36,636 bases of DNA from Phycisphaerales bacterium. GTDB taxonomy: Bacteria > Planctomycetota > Phycisphaerae > Phycisphaerales > SM1A02. The position numbers were made by a program, and so were the translations under genes. Where the stretch lies: assembly GCA_020427695.1 (NCBI GenBank), contig JAGQOG010000091.1:1-36636 (forward strand), written 5' to 3'. Shown here in pieces: positions 1 to 8,063 of this stretch. The stretch's first letter is position 1; each line of letters begins with the position of its first letter. A model generated the notes under the pieces. That model worked only from the letters and a program-made list of their open reading frames with translations. It searched no databases and was not told the DNA's origin.

Positions 1-154
1 ATCCCAGTGTCGTGGTCTTCGCGGCCGCCTGCATGCGGTTGTACACGTCGGGCATGCGCAGGAGGCCGACGGCGCCGAGGAGCATCAGGAGCGTGCCCAC
101 GATCAGGAGCATGCACTCCAGCACGTCGACGAGGGTGTCGACGAGACCACTCAT
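1..154 (-). CDS. mrpG: Mrp/Mnh Na+/H+ antiporter subunit G, N-terminal part only (gene runs off the window)
   Basis: Hand translation of the minus strand from ATG 154-152 gives MSGLVDTLVDVLECMLLIVGTLLMLLGAVGLLRMPDVYNRMQAAAKTTTLG. This is the MnhG-type N-terminus (TM helix, then RxPDxYxRxxAxxKxxTLG). The start overlaps the mrpF stop by 4 nt (ATGA). It is the last gene of the mrp operon. Confidence 0.75.
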   Translation of the reverse strand, partial: MSGLVDTLVDVLECMLLIVGTLLMLLGAVGLLRMPDVYNRMQAAAKTTTLG

Positions 155-444
155 GATCGCCCTCGCGCCGAGATGAAGGAGGCGAGGGCGACCGTGCTCA
201 TGAAGCCGACCAGCGCGATCACGAGCGTCACCCGAATGAGCATGGGATCGTCGGTCACGATCGCGAACAGGGCGATCATCGCGGCCGCGACCACCACCAT
301 CGCGTCCAGGGCCACGACGCGATCGGCGAGCGTCGGTCCGCGAAGAAGCCTCAGGAGCCCAATGCACAGCGCCACCGCCATGAGCACGAGGCACACGTTC
401 GCCACGTTTTGCACGGGCACCGACGCCACGAGGAGTGCGCTCAT
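151..444 (-). CDS. mrpF: Mrp/Mnh Na+/H+ antiporter subunit F
   Basis: 97-aa protein with three hydrophobic helices and the RLLRGPTLADRVVALD motif typical of MnhF/PhaF. It sits between mrpE and mrpG, with ATGA overlaps on both sides. Confidence 0.85.
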   Translation of the reverse strand: MSALLVASVPVQNVANVCLVLMAVALCIGLLRLLRGPTLADRVVALDAMVVVAAAMIALFAIVTDDPMLIRVTLVIALVGFMSTVALASFISARGRS

Positions 445-914
445 CGCATGACCTCCAGCAGCCGTCGCTCGTAGCCGTTCTTGATCAGCCGCCGGACCGC
501 CTCCGGATCCTCGGCGTCAACCACGTGCACGAAGAGCGTCCGGCCATCGGCGGAGACGTCGACCGCGAACGATCCCGGCGTCAAGGTGACACAGATCGAC
601 AGCAGCGTGGTCTCGAGGTCGTTCGCCGTGTCCAGGGGGACCCCCACAATCCCGGGGTGCATGGTGCTCAGCGGCTGCAGCACGTGACGGACCATCGCAA
701 CGTTCGCGACCACGAGCTCGACGGCCAGGAAGACCACGAATCGAACGGCCGCCCACGTCCGGTGAAAGTAGCGGGACCGGCCAATGACCGGCTGCAACAG
801 CCACAAGGCGGCGTAGCCGAGCAGGAATCCGGTGACCACCGAGCCGGCCGTGAACGTCTCTGCCATGGCGGCCCAGACGAAGGCCAGCAGCAGGTTGACC
901 ACGAGCAGGTTCAT
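441..914 (-). CDS. mrpE: Mrp/Mnh Na+/H+ antiporter subunit E
   Basis: 157-aa membrane protein. The MnhE-like C-terminal half reads TLLSICVTLTPGSFAVDVS...LFVHVVD. Position in the operon and ATGA overlaps with mrpD and mrpF support the call. Confidence 0.8.
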   Translation of the reverse strand: MNLLVVNLLLAFVWAAMAETFTAGSVVTGFLLGYAALWLLQPVIGRSRYFHRTWAAVRFVVFLAVELVVANVAMVRHVLQPLSTMHPGIVGVPLDTANDLETTLLSICVTLTPGSFAVDVSADGRTLFVHVVDAEDPEAVRRLIKNGYERRLLEVMR

Positions 915-2545
915 CGGGGCGCCTCCCCGCTCGTGCCGCTGTCCGCCGGCATCGCGGCACGTTCACGGTCGGATCGGGAGAAGATCGCGTGATTGGACAC
1001 GGCGGCGACGTACTCGGAGGGATCGACGAGCTGCGCGGCGGTGCGGGTCGCGAACGCCTCCAGTGACGCGGGCCACAGGCCGATGGCCACGATCGCGCCC
1101 ACGATCGCGAACGTCGGTCCGTACATCAGCAGTCGCGTGCCTCGGGTCATGACGCGGTCGCGCCGCTGCAGTTCGCCCGCCGGCAGCGGCTTCCAAAACG
1201 CCTCCGCCCAGATCTTGGTCATGGAGTAGAGCGTGAGGAGCCCGGTACCGAGCGCCGCCGTCGTGACCACCCAGGCGGCGCCCTCCAGGCCCGCCCGCAC
1301 GAGCATGAACTTGGCCCAGAAGCCCGCCAACGGCGGAATGCCGGCCAGCGAGAGCGCGGCGACCAGGAACAGGCCGGCCAGGACCGGGTGCGTGGTCGCG
1401 AGTCCTCCCACGCGATCCAACGACGCGCTTCGTCGCAGGCGCTCGACGACGCCGCAGACCAGGAAGAGCGCTGTCTTCGCGAGAATGACATGCACCATGA
1501 AGAAGACGGTGCCCCCCAGACCAAGGGCGGCGACCGCCATGGCGGCGCGATCGTTCAGCGTCCGGCCCGGCACGTGGAGTGCCGCGACCGCCGGTCCGGC
1601 CAGGCCCAGCCCCATGAGCAGATAGCCGATCTGGCTCACGATGTGGAACGAGAGGATGCGTCGCATGTCGCTCTGCACCGCGGCCCCGAGCACGCCACTG
1701 ACCATGGTGAGGCCGGCGATCGCCAGGAGGAGCCCATGCGTCCACCCGACGTTCTGCACGAACACGAGGGTGAACATGCGGATCATGGAGTAGACGCCGA
1801 CCTTGGTCAGCAGGGCGGAGAAGATCGCGGTGATGGCCGTCGGCGGCGTGTGGTACGAGGCCGGCAGCCAGAAGAACAGCGGGAACACGCCGGCCTTCAG
1901 CCCGAACGCGACCAGGAACATCATGGCGAGCACGGTCAGGAGCTCGGGGCGATCGATGCGATCAACGGCGTGGGCCAGGTCGGCCATGTTGAGCGTGCCC
2001 GTCATCCCGTACAGCACGCCGAGCGCGGCGAGGAAGAACGCCGAGGCCACGAGGTTGATCGTGACGTACTTGATCGCCCCCTCGAGCTGGCCTCGCCGTC
2101 CGCCCAGGGTGAGCAGAACGAAGGAGGCGATCAGCATGACCTCGTACCACACGAAGAGATTGAAGAGATCGCCCGTGAGGAAGGCCCCGCAAACGCCCAT
2201 GAGCAGGACGTGGAGCAGGGTGTGGTAGCCGAAGCGCTGCTTGCGGCGCCGAATCTCCCCCAACGAATACACCGCGATGCCCAGTCCCATGGCGCCAGTC
2301 ATCACCAGCATCACGGCGCTCAAGCGATCGGCCACCAGGGTGATGCCGGCGGGAGCAGGCCAACCACCCACTTGCAGGGTCGCGACGCCCACCCGGTCCA
2401 CCTGCCACAGGATGGCGAGGTTCACCAGGAAGAGCCCCAGCGCTCCGGCGACCGAGAGCAGGCGCTGCACGCGCGGCCACCGGGTCGCCAGCATCACCGA
2501 GGCGAAGACCAACGGAAGGAGGATCGGTACCGCGAGGAGATTCAT
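911..2545 (-). CDS. mrpD: Mrp/Mnh Na+/H+ antiporter subunit D (NuoM/N-like proton-pumping subunit)
   Basis: Polytopic membrane protein with NuoN/MnhD-like segments ([51 protein letters not shown]). The start is set at the internal ATG 2545 ([10 protein letters not shown]...), which overlaps the mrpC stop as ATGA. The 101-codon upstream extension of the ORF lies inside mrpC and is rejected. Confidence 0.9.
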   Translation of the reverse strand: MNLLAVPILLPLVFASVMLATRWPRVQRLLSVAGALGLFLVNLAILWQVDRVGVATLQVGGWPAPAGITLVADRLSAVMLVMTGAMGLGIAVYSLGEIRRRKQRFGYHTLLHVLLMGVCGAFLTGDLFNLFVWYEVMLIASFVLLTLGGRRGQLEGAIKYVTINLVASAFFLAALGVLYGMTGTLNMADLAHAVDRIDRPELLTVLAMMFLVAFGLKAGVFPLFFWLPASYHTPPTAITAIFSALLTKVGVYSMIRMFTLVFVQNVGWTHGLLLAIAGLTMVSGVLGAAVQSDMRRILSFHIVSQIGYLLMGLGLAGPAVAALHVPGRTLNDRAAMAVAALGLGGTVFFMVHVILAKTALFLVCGVVERLRRSASLDRVGGLATTHPVLAGLFLVAALSLAGIPPLAGFWAKFMLVRAGLEGAAWVVTTAALGTGLLTLYSMTKIWAEAFWKPLPAGELQRRDRVMTRGTRLLMYGPTFAIVGAIVAIGLWPASLEAFATRTAAQLVDPSEYVAAVSNHAIFSRSDRERAAMPADSGTSGEAPR

Positions 2546-2889
2546 GTATCCGTCGATCTCATGCGGTCCACATCGTCGGCCCCGATCGACTGGTGCACCC
2601 GGCGGAACAGCGCCAAGGCGAACGCCAGGACGCCGAAGGAGATGACGATCGCCGTCAGCACCAGGGCCTGCGGCAGCGGGTCGGCGTGGGGTCGTGTCAG
2701 CGCCTCCTCCCCCGCGCGAACGATCGGCGCCGCACCGCGTCGGAGCCCACCGGCCGTGAAGATCAGCAGGTTCGCGGCGTGGCTGATCAGCACCAGCCCC
2801 AGCAGCAGCTTGACGAGGCTGCGCCGCAGCATCAGGTAGATGCCGCACGCGTACAACGCACCGATCGCGACGGCCAGCAGCACGGTCAT
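2542..2889 (-). CDS. mrpC: Mrp/Mnh Na+/H+ antiporter subunit C (NuoK-like)
   Basis: 115 aa with three TM helices. NuoK/MnhC-like [11 protein letters not shown] and [16 protein letters not shown] segments. ATGA overlaps with mrpB and mrpD. Confidence 0.9.
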   Translation of the reverse strand: MTVLLAVAIGALYACGIYLMLRRSLVKLLLGLVLISHAANLLIFTAGGLRRGAAPIVRAGEEALTRPHADPLPQALVLTAIVISFGVLAFALALFRRVHQSIGADDVDRMRSTDT

Positions 2890-3284
2890 GCGTTGCCCTC
2901 CGCCATGCCCTCGATCACGGTGAGCGTGGTGCCGACAACCACCATGAAGACGCCAAGATCGAAGAGAAGGGGTGTACCGAGTCCGAGCGATTCGACCCAG
3001 ATCGCCGTCATGAAGGCTCCACAGCCGATCATCGCCAAGAAGCCGCTGAACGCGGCGAGAAGCAGCCCGCCCGACACGAGCGTCAACGGCGCGACGCGAA
3101 TCAGTCGGCGCGACGCTCCCGACCCCGATGCCAGCGTCTGCAGGATGAGGCCCGCCGCCGCCAGGAGCCCGCCGATGAAGCCGCCGCCCGGCTCGTTGTG
3201 GCCGCGCAGGACCAGGAGCGCCGCCAACAGCAGCATGAGCGGGGTCACGAAGCGCACCCCCGTCCGCAGGATGATCGAGCTCAT
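2886..3284 (-). CDS. mrpB: Mrp/Mnh Na+/H+ antiporter subunit B
   Basis: 132 aa with the MnhB signature [18 protein letters not shown] overlaps with mrpA and mrpC. Confidence 0.85.
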   Translation of the reverse strand: MSSIILRTGVRFVTPLMLLLAALLVLRGHNEPGGGFIGGLLAAAGLILQTLASGSGASRRLIRVAPLTLVSGGLLLAAFSGFLAMIGCGAFMTAIWVESLGLGTPLLFDLGVFMVVVGTTLTVIEGMAEGNA

Positions 3285-5620
3285 CGTCTCGCCTCCAGCC
3301 CGGTCCGCCCGCGCACGAGCGCGATCACGCCGATCGCGGCGAGCGCCAGCACCGTGATCTCGCCCAGCGTGTCGAGAGCGCGGAAGTCGACCAGGATGAC
3401 GTTGACGACGTTCCGACCGTGTCCTTGCGGCACCGCTTCAGCGGCGAAGTACGCGCTGGCGACCTCGTCGCCGAGCTGCACGTGCGAGGCGAGGAGGACG
3501 AGCGTCGTCATGAGCCCCCCGCCGAGGACCGCCACGACGAGATCGCGGACCCGGGTGCGGCGCGACGACAGGTCGACGAAGAAGGGAAGCTGCCGCATGG
3601 CCAGAACGAAGAGGATCACGGTCAGCGTCTCGATCAGCACTTGGGTCAGGGCGAGATCCGGCGCGCTGTAGAGCACGAACACCAGCGAGACCGCGAGCCC
3701 AACCGCGCCCAGGGCGATCACCGCCGCGACCCGCGAGCGCGAGTGCACCACGGCGACGGCAGCCACGACCATCATGACGACGAGCAGCACGTCCTCGGCA
3801 TGAACATGGACGATCTCGCCCAGGGCGGCACCGATCGCGCCCGGCCGGTGGGCGGCGACGAGCGCCGCGCCGACCACGGCGATCGCGAACAGGAAGACGA
3901 CCAGCAGGTACCGGCGAAGGTAGCCGCTCTGGAGCAGCCGAGTTTGGACCCGGCCGAACGCCAGCGTGCCCTCCAAGGCGAGCGCATAGCCGCGCTCGGG
4001 TCCGAAGGCCGCGAGCCGAGCCAACCGGCGCGTCCAGCGGTCGATCGACGAGCGCCACAGCCAGAGGGCGACGCCGCCGAGCACGATCGCCACATCGAGA
4101 AGCACCACGGCGTTGAATCCGTGCCAAAGCGCGAGACGCGCCGCGACGGGCGCGCCGTGCACGGCGGCGGCCGTTTCCGAAACGACGCGGTTGAGGAGCA
4201 TGGGCGCCAATCCAAGGACAAGCCCGATCACTGCGAGCGCGACCGGGCCAACCCACATTCCCGTGGGAACCTCGTGCGCGGTGCCGGCGCCGTCCGCGAC
4301 CACCGCCCGGCGCGAACCGAGGAACGGCGCGACGCCGACCCGCAGGCCGACCACCACCAGGGGCGGGGCCGCCAACACGAGTGCCAGCATCGCGGGCCCG
4401 GCCGCATGACGCTCCCACGCGGCCGCGATCGCCGATTCCTTGCCGAGGTAGCCGAGCAGTGCCGGCACGCCCACCATGCTGAGGCCGGCCAGGACGCCAG
4501 CCACGAACGTGAGGGGCATGGCCCGTCGCAATCCGACGAGCAGACGGGCATCCTTGAGACCGGTCGCTCGCGTCAGCGAGCCCGCCACCAGGAACAGCGT
4601 GGCCTTGTAGAGCGCGTGCGCCAGCAGGAAGAGCACGACCGCCTTGGCCGCCGTGACCGCATCCGCTCCGCCCTCCGGAGCAGCAAGGCCGACCAGCATG
4701 ATGAGCACGCCCAGCGACGCCACCGTCGAATACGCCAACAGGCGCTTCAACTCGTGCTGGCGCAGGCTCATGGCCGCGGCGGTGACGGCGGTCAGGGCAC
4801 CGAACCCGATCAGCGCCCACTCCCATGCGGCCGCGCCGCCAAGGCTCGGGTTCAACCGTGCGGCCAGGTAGACCCCCGCCTTCACCATCGTTGCCGAGTG
4901 GAGGTAGGCGCTGACCGGGGTCGGTGCCGCCATGGCGTTGGGCAGCCAGAAGTGGAACGGCACCTGCGCCGACTTGGTGAAACAGCCGGCCAGGACGAGC
5001 ACGATGATGGGCAGTTGGAGCGGCGAGGCGCGGATGGTCTGGGCCTGGCCTGCCAGCGCCGAGATGTCCCATGTGCCTGCGGCCTGGGCGAGGAGCACGA
5101 CGCCCGCCAGCAGGGCCAATCCTCCGCCACCCGTCACAAGCAGCGCCTGCAGCGCCGCCTTCCGCGACTTCTCCTGCTCGTGGTCGAATCCGATCAGCAG
5201 GTAGGAGGTCACACTGGTGAGCTCCCAGAACACGAACAGCGCCACCAGGTGATCGGCGAGCACAACACCGAGCATGGAGGCCATGAACGCCAGGAGCGTC
5301 GCGAGCATGCGACCCCGTCGCCGATCGCCCGCGAAGTACGCCCCCGCGTACACCAGGATCACCGCCCCGATGCCGCAGATCAGGAGTGCGAACAGGTACG
5401 CAAGACCGTCGAGGCGAAAGGCGAGATCGATGCCCAGTCCTGGCAGCCAGGCCACCGAGGTGCGCGGCGGCGCGGCGCTTCCGGCGTAGCGCCACGTCAG
5501 CGCAGCGAGAATGCCCAGCGGCACGAGGGCCAGGATCGGACCCGCCAGACGCGGCAGCCGCCGCGCCAGTGGCGCGGCAAACGCGGCGGCGACGAATCCC
5601 GTGAGCACCTCTCCCAGCAT
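3281..5620 (-). CDS. mrpA: Mrp/Mnh Na+/H+ antiporter subunit A (NuoL-like, with C-terminal MnhB-like extension)
   Basis: 779-aa polytopic protein with NuoL/MnhA-like blocks ([54 protein letters not shown]). It is the first gene of the seven-gene operon. ATG at 5620. Confidence 0.93.
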   Translation of the reverse strand: MLGEVLTGFVAAAFAAPLARRLPRLAGPILALVPLGILAALTWRYAGSAAPPRTSVAWLPGLGIDLAFRLDGLAYLFALLICGIGAVILVYAGAYFAGDRRRGRMLATLLAFMASMLGVVLADHLVALFVFWELTSVTSYLLIGFDHEQEKSRKAALQALLVTGGGGLALLAGVVLLAQAAGTWDISALAGQAQTIRASPLQLPIIVLVLAGCFTKSAQVPFHFWLPNAMAAPTPVSAYLHSATMVKAGVYLAARLNPSLGGAAAWEWALIGFGALTAVTAAAMSLRQHELKRLLAYSTVASLGVLIMLVGLAAPEGGADAVTAAKAVVLFLLAHALYKATLFLVAGSLTRATGLKDARLLVGLRRAMPLTFVAGVLAGLSMVGVPALLGYLGKESAIAAAWERHAAGPAMLALVLAAPPLVVVGLRVGVAPFLGSRRAVVADGAGTAHEVPTGMWVGPVALAVIGLVLGLAPMLLNRVVSETAAAVHGAPVAARLALWHGFNAVVLLDVAIVLGGVALWLWRSSIDRWTRRLARLAAFGPERGYALALEGTLAFGRVQTRLLQSGYLRRYLLVVFLFAIAVVGAALVAAHRPGAIGAALGEIVHVHAEDVLLVVMMVVAAVAVVHSRSRVAAVIALGAVGLAVSLVFVLYSAPDLALTQVLIETLTVILFVLAMRQLPFFVDLSSRRTRVRDLVVAVLGGGLMTTLVLLASHVQLGDEVASAYFAAEAVPQGHGRNVVNVILVDFRALDTLGEITVLALAAIGVIALVRGRTGLEARR

Positions 5621-5628
5621 GGGCGGCG

Positions 5629-5634
5629 ATTGTA
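5629..5634 (-). promoter_or_regulatory. -10-like hexamer TACAAT, 8 nt upstream of the mrpA ATG (possible leaderless or near-leaderless transcript)
   Basis: The minus strand reads ACCCCC TACAAT CGCCGCCC ATG. No Shine-Dalgarno-like purine run lies between the hexamer and the ATG. Confidence 0.4.
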
Positions 5635-5689
5635 GGGGGTGGTGCCGGGATGGGCGCGCGTGACGAACGGGCGCGCGTGGACGGACTTG

Positions 5690-5710
5690 GGTATCAGGGA
5701 TCAGGTATCA
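5690..5710. repeat. Three tandem 7-nt units GGTATCA GGGATCA GGTATCA
   Basis: Read directly from the sequence. This is the 7-nt variant of the GGNATCAA unit seen at 36469-36532. It lies 56-81 nt upstream of the putative mrpA -10 hexamer. Confidence 0.9.
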
Positions 5711-5797
5711 GCAGCGGCTGCTTGGACGACGACTGGTGCGCAAATGGGCGCGGTCCGTCCTCGCGGGGGGCGCACAACGTCCGACCGGGCCGCCACC

Positions 5798-5811
5798 TGA
5801 TACCTGATCAC
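5798..5811. repeat. Two inverted copies of the 7-nt unit (TGATACC TGATCAC)
   Basis: Its reverse complement, GTGATCA GGTATCA, matches 5690-5710. GATCAGGTATCAG is a perfect 13-nt inverted repeat, with the two copies about 87 nt apart. Confidence 0.85.
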
Positions 5812-5866
5812 CCCGAACGGGCGCACACTCGACAATTTCCGCGGCATCCGCACGGCAACCCGCGCG

Positions 5867-6148
5867 CTACTCTTCGTCGAATCGCGACTCGACCAGGAGC
5901 ACCAGGGCCTGGACCATCTTCTCCGCGTCGGCGCCTTCGGCGACGATCTCGATGCGCGTGCCCTCGGTGGCGGCCAGCATCATCATCTGCATGATCGACT
6001 TGCCGTCCACGAACTCGTTGTGATCGACGCGACGCACCTTGACCGAGGCCTCGTGCTCCATCGCCCGCTCGACGAACGTCATCGCCGGTCGGGCGTGCAG
6101 CCCGAGTCGATTGACGATCGTGACGATGGCGCTGGCCCGGTTGGACAC
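5867..6148 (-). CDS. ptsH: HPr-family phosphocarrier protein (NPr/PtsH)
   Basis: 93 aa. Active-site region VNRLGLHARPA (the His-15 equivalent) and a GKS (Ser-46-like) segment in VDGKSIMQMMML. GTG start with an AGAGGGA SD-like run about 5 nt upstream. Lies downstream of ptsN, as in PTS-Ntr clusters. Confidence 0.85.
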   Translation of the reverse strand: MSNRASAIVTIVNRLGLHARPAMTFVERAMEHEASVKVRRVDHNEFVDGKSIMQMMMLAATEGTRIEIVAEGADAEKMVQALVLLVESRFDEE

Positions 6149-6193
6149 GATGTTCCCTCTTCGGCCGTCGGCGGAGCCGCGGCCGGGTGATGG

Positions 6194-6670
6194 TCAGCGG
6201 ACCGGCTGACCCGCGTCGGCTTCGGAGAGCAGGGTGAGGACGTGCTCCACCGTCGTCGCTTGGCGCAGAAAGCGGCGGAACTGCTCGTTGCTGAGGTTCC
6301 CGAAGATCGCCTCCATGGCGTCCAGGTGCTCCTCGGGTCGATCCTCCGGGCTCAGCAGCAGGAAGATCGAGTGAACCGGCTGGCGATCGAGGGCGTTGAA
6401 TTCCACGCCCGCGGAACTCACGCCGACGGCCACGGTGATCCGTTTCACCAGGGCGCTCTTGGTGTGCGGAACCGCCACGCCGTGACCGAATCCGGTCGAG
6501 CCTCGCTTCTCGCGCTTGACCACGGACTTGACGAACTCGTCGCGATCGGTGCGCTTGATCGCGCCCGCGGCCACCAGGGCGTCGACCAATTCGACGATCG
6601 CATCGTCGCGGTTGTCCGCGGCGAGTTGGGGAACGATGGCCTTCTCGACGACGATATCGCGCAGCTTCAT
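6194..6670 (-). CDS. ptsN: PTS EIIA(Ntr)-type nitrogen regulatory protein
   Basis: 158 aa. EIIA-2 family phosphorylation site STGFGHGVAVPH, and the family-typical N-terminus (L..IV.E.AIVPQL.A.N.DDAI.ELV). The start overlaps the hpf stop (ATGA). Confidence 0.9.
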   Translation of the reverse strand: MKLRDIVVEKAIVPQLAADNRDDAIVELVDALVAAGAIKRTDRDEFVKSVVKREKRGSTGFGHGVAVPHTKSALVKRITVAVGVSSAGVEFNALDRQPVHSIFLLLSPEDRPEEHLDAMEAIFGNLSNEQFRRFLRQATTVEHVLTLLSEADAGQPVR

Positions 6671-6990
6671 GGGAGCTTCTCACCGTGTCCGTTGTGGTGC
6701 CGATTGCCGCGAATGCGGCTCTTGTGATCGGTCAACTGGCGGATCGAGCGGTCGACGACCAGGTCGATGCACGCGTAGAGATCGTCGTGCGAACTCGAGG
6801 CGACAAAGTCGTCGTGATGTTCGACATCGGTCAGCACCTCGACGCTGTACCCGGTCTTGTCCTTCTGGATGATGACTTCGACCTGCTGGATCCGGTCGTA
6901 GTAGCGCGGGAGCTTCTCGACCTTCTTCCGGGCGTAGTCCTCTATCGCCGGCGTCAGGGTCATGTGCTTGGCGCTGATGTTGATCTGCAT
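6667..6990 (-). CDS. hpf: Ribosome hibernation promoting factor / sigma-54 modulation protein family (short form)
   Basis: MQINISAKHMTLTPAIEDYARKKVEKLPRYYDRIQQVEVII... is the classic HPF/RaiA N-terminus. The start is set at the internal ATG 6990, which has GGAGAAG 5 nt upstream. The 36-codon upstream extension is rejected. Confidence 0.88.
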   Translation of the reverse strand: MQINISAKHMTLTPAIEDYARKKVEKLPRYYDRIQQVEVIIQKDKTGYSVEVLTDVEHHDDFVASSSHDDLYACIDLVVDRSIRQLTDHKSRIRGNRHHNGHGEKLP

Positions 6991-7039
6991 AACGCTTCTC
7001 CGAGCCGCCGGACGGGCGGCAAGCGTGCGGGCCTGGACC

Positions 7040-7951
7040 TCAGGTCCGCTCCTCTCCGGGGTCTCCCGCCGAAACGGCCGTGGAGGGTAGAGCCACAAAC
7101 GACAACGAGTCCGGATCCGACGCCCCTCCCGAGGGTGCGTCGCCTGCCTTTTCGACGCTCCGGCCTTCCGGCACCAGCACCCCGCCGCTGACCACGAACC
7201 GGAGGGCCTGGTCGATCGTGATCGGCAGCTCGCGCACCTCCGACCGCGGCACCGTGATGGTGTAGCCGGTGAATGGCGTGGGCGAACTGGGAATGAAGAG
7301 CGTCACCGAATCGCCAGAGTACTTCCGGATGTGCGACATGGGACCACCGGTGACCAGGCCGATGGACCAGACGCCCTTCCGAGGATACTCGACGGCGACC
7401 ACCCGGTTGAACTTGATCGGCTTGTCCTCCGCCACCAGGAAGTCCACCACCTGCTTGACGTACGGGTAGACCTGCTTGAAGACCGGCACCGAGACCAGGA
7501 ACTGCTCGACGCGGGCGTACATCCGCCGGCCCAAAAAGCCGCCGAGGAGCCGGCCCGCCATGTAGACCCCGATGATGGCGGCCGCGAGGCCGACCAGGTT
7601 GAGGTACCACCGCTCTTCCCACCATTGCTCGATCCGACGCTGCCGGAGCGAGGCCTGGACAGCCGACTCCGACGGCGGCGTCTTTCCGGACCTGCGAATC
7701 GTCTCGATCTCCTCCCGCACGGCCGATGCCGGTGGATCGAAGACATCGTGCAGCGGCGTCCAGTAGGGCGTCGCCTGGCCGATCGCCACCCGAATGCCGG
7801 CGTTGATCGGAGACGCGATCGCACTGTCGAGGAACCGGTAGGCGTAGACCACCAACCACAAGGTCAACACCGTGGGCAACAGGATCGCCAGCCCGCGAAG
7901 AAAGAACCGCTTGAAGTCCGAGCCGAACGTCCGTTTCGAGTGCTCGGTCAT
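7040..7951 (-). CDS. DUF502-like membrane protein
   Basis: 303 aa. N-terminal FKRFFLRGLAILLPTVLTLWLV, a second TM segment (NLVGLAAAIIGVYMAGRLLG), and a VSVPVFKQVYPYVKQV...VAVEYPRKGVWSIGLVTG...FIPSSPTPFTGYTITVPRSEV core. These match my recollection of DUF502. There is an insert between the TMs and a low-complexity C-terminal tail. Confidence 0.65.
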   Translation of the reverse strand: MTEHSKRTFGSDFKRFFLRGLAILLPTVLTLWLVVYAYRFLDSAIASPINAGIRVAIGQATPYWTPLHDVFDPPASAVREEIETIRRSGKTPPSESAVQASLRQRRIEQWWEERWYLNLVGLAAAIIGVYMAGRLLGGFLGRRMYARVEQFLVSVPVFKQVYPYVKQVVDFLVAEDKPIKFNRVVAVEYPRKGVWSIGLVTGGPMSHIRKYSGDSVTLFIPSSPTPFTGYTITVPRSEVRELPITIDQALRFVVSGGVLVPEGRSVEKAGDAPSGGASDPDSLSFVALPSTAVSAGDPGEERT

Positions 7952-8063
7952 GGAGTCGCCCGCTCGGCGGCAAACGCGTTCGTTTTCATCGGGTCCGCCG
8001 GAGTGTAGGTGGTGCGTGCGACCTCAGCAACGCCGCGGCTCGGCCACGCAAGGGAAGGTGTGG

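Noticed and set aside
3419-5635. 738-aa plus-strand ORF (and other long ORFs at 3438-5495, 1388-2839 and 963-1745) overlapping the mrp genes
   Set aside because: They are antisense or out of frame relative to strongly supported membrane-protein genes. The products are Arg/Gly/Asp/His-rich low-complexity sequences, typical of spurious open frames in GC-rich DNA.
5650-5994. 114-aa plus-strand ORF in the mrpA-ptsH intergenic region, and the 291-aa ORF at 5808-6683
   Set aside because: They overlap the well-supported ptsH and ptsN genes in other frames or strands, and their translations are low-complexity and Arg-rich.
7018-7034. Sigma-54-like promoter (AGGCCC-GCACGC-TTGCC on the minus strand) upstream of hpf
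   Set aside because: The GG and GC dinucleotides are separated by 11 nt rather than the strictly conserved 10, and the -24 element matches poorly. I therefore treat it as chance similarity.
7031-7047. Palindrome GGACCT-C-AGGTCC overlapping the DUF502 gene stop codon, as a possible terminator or operator upstream of hpf
   Set aside because: A 1-nt loop cannot form an RNA hairpin, and there is no second copy or supporting context. It may be a protein-binding palindrome, but the evidence is too thin to report as a feature.
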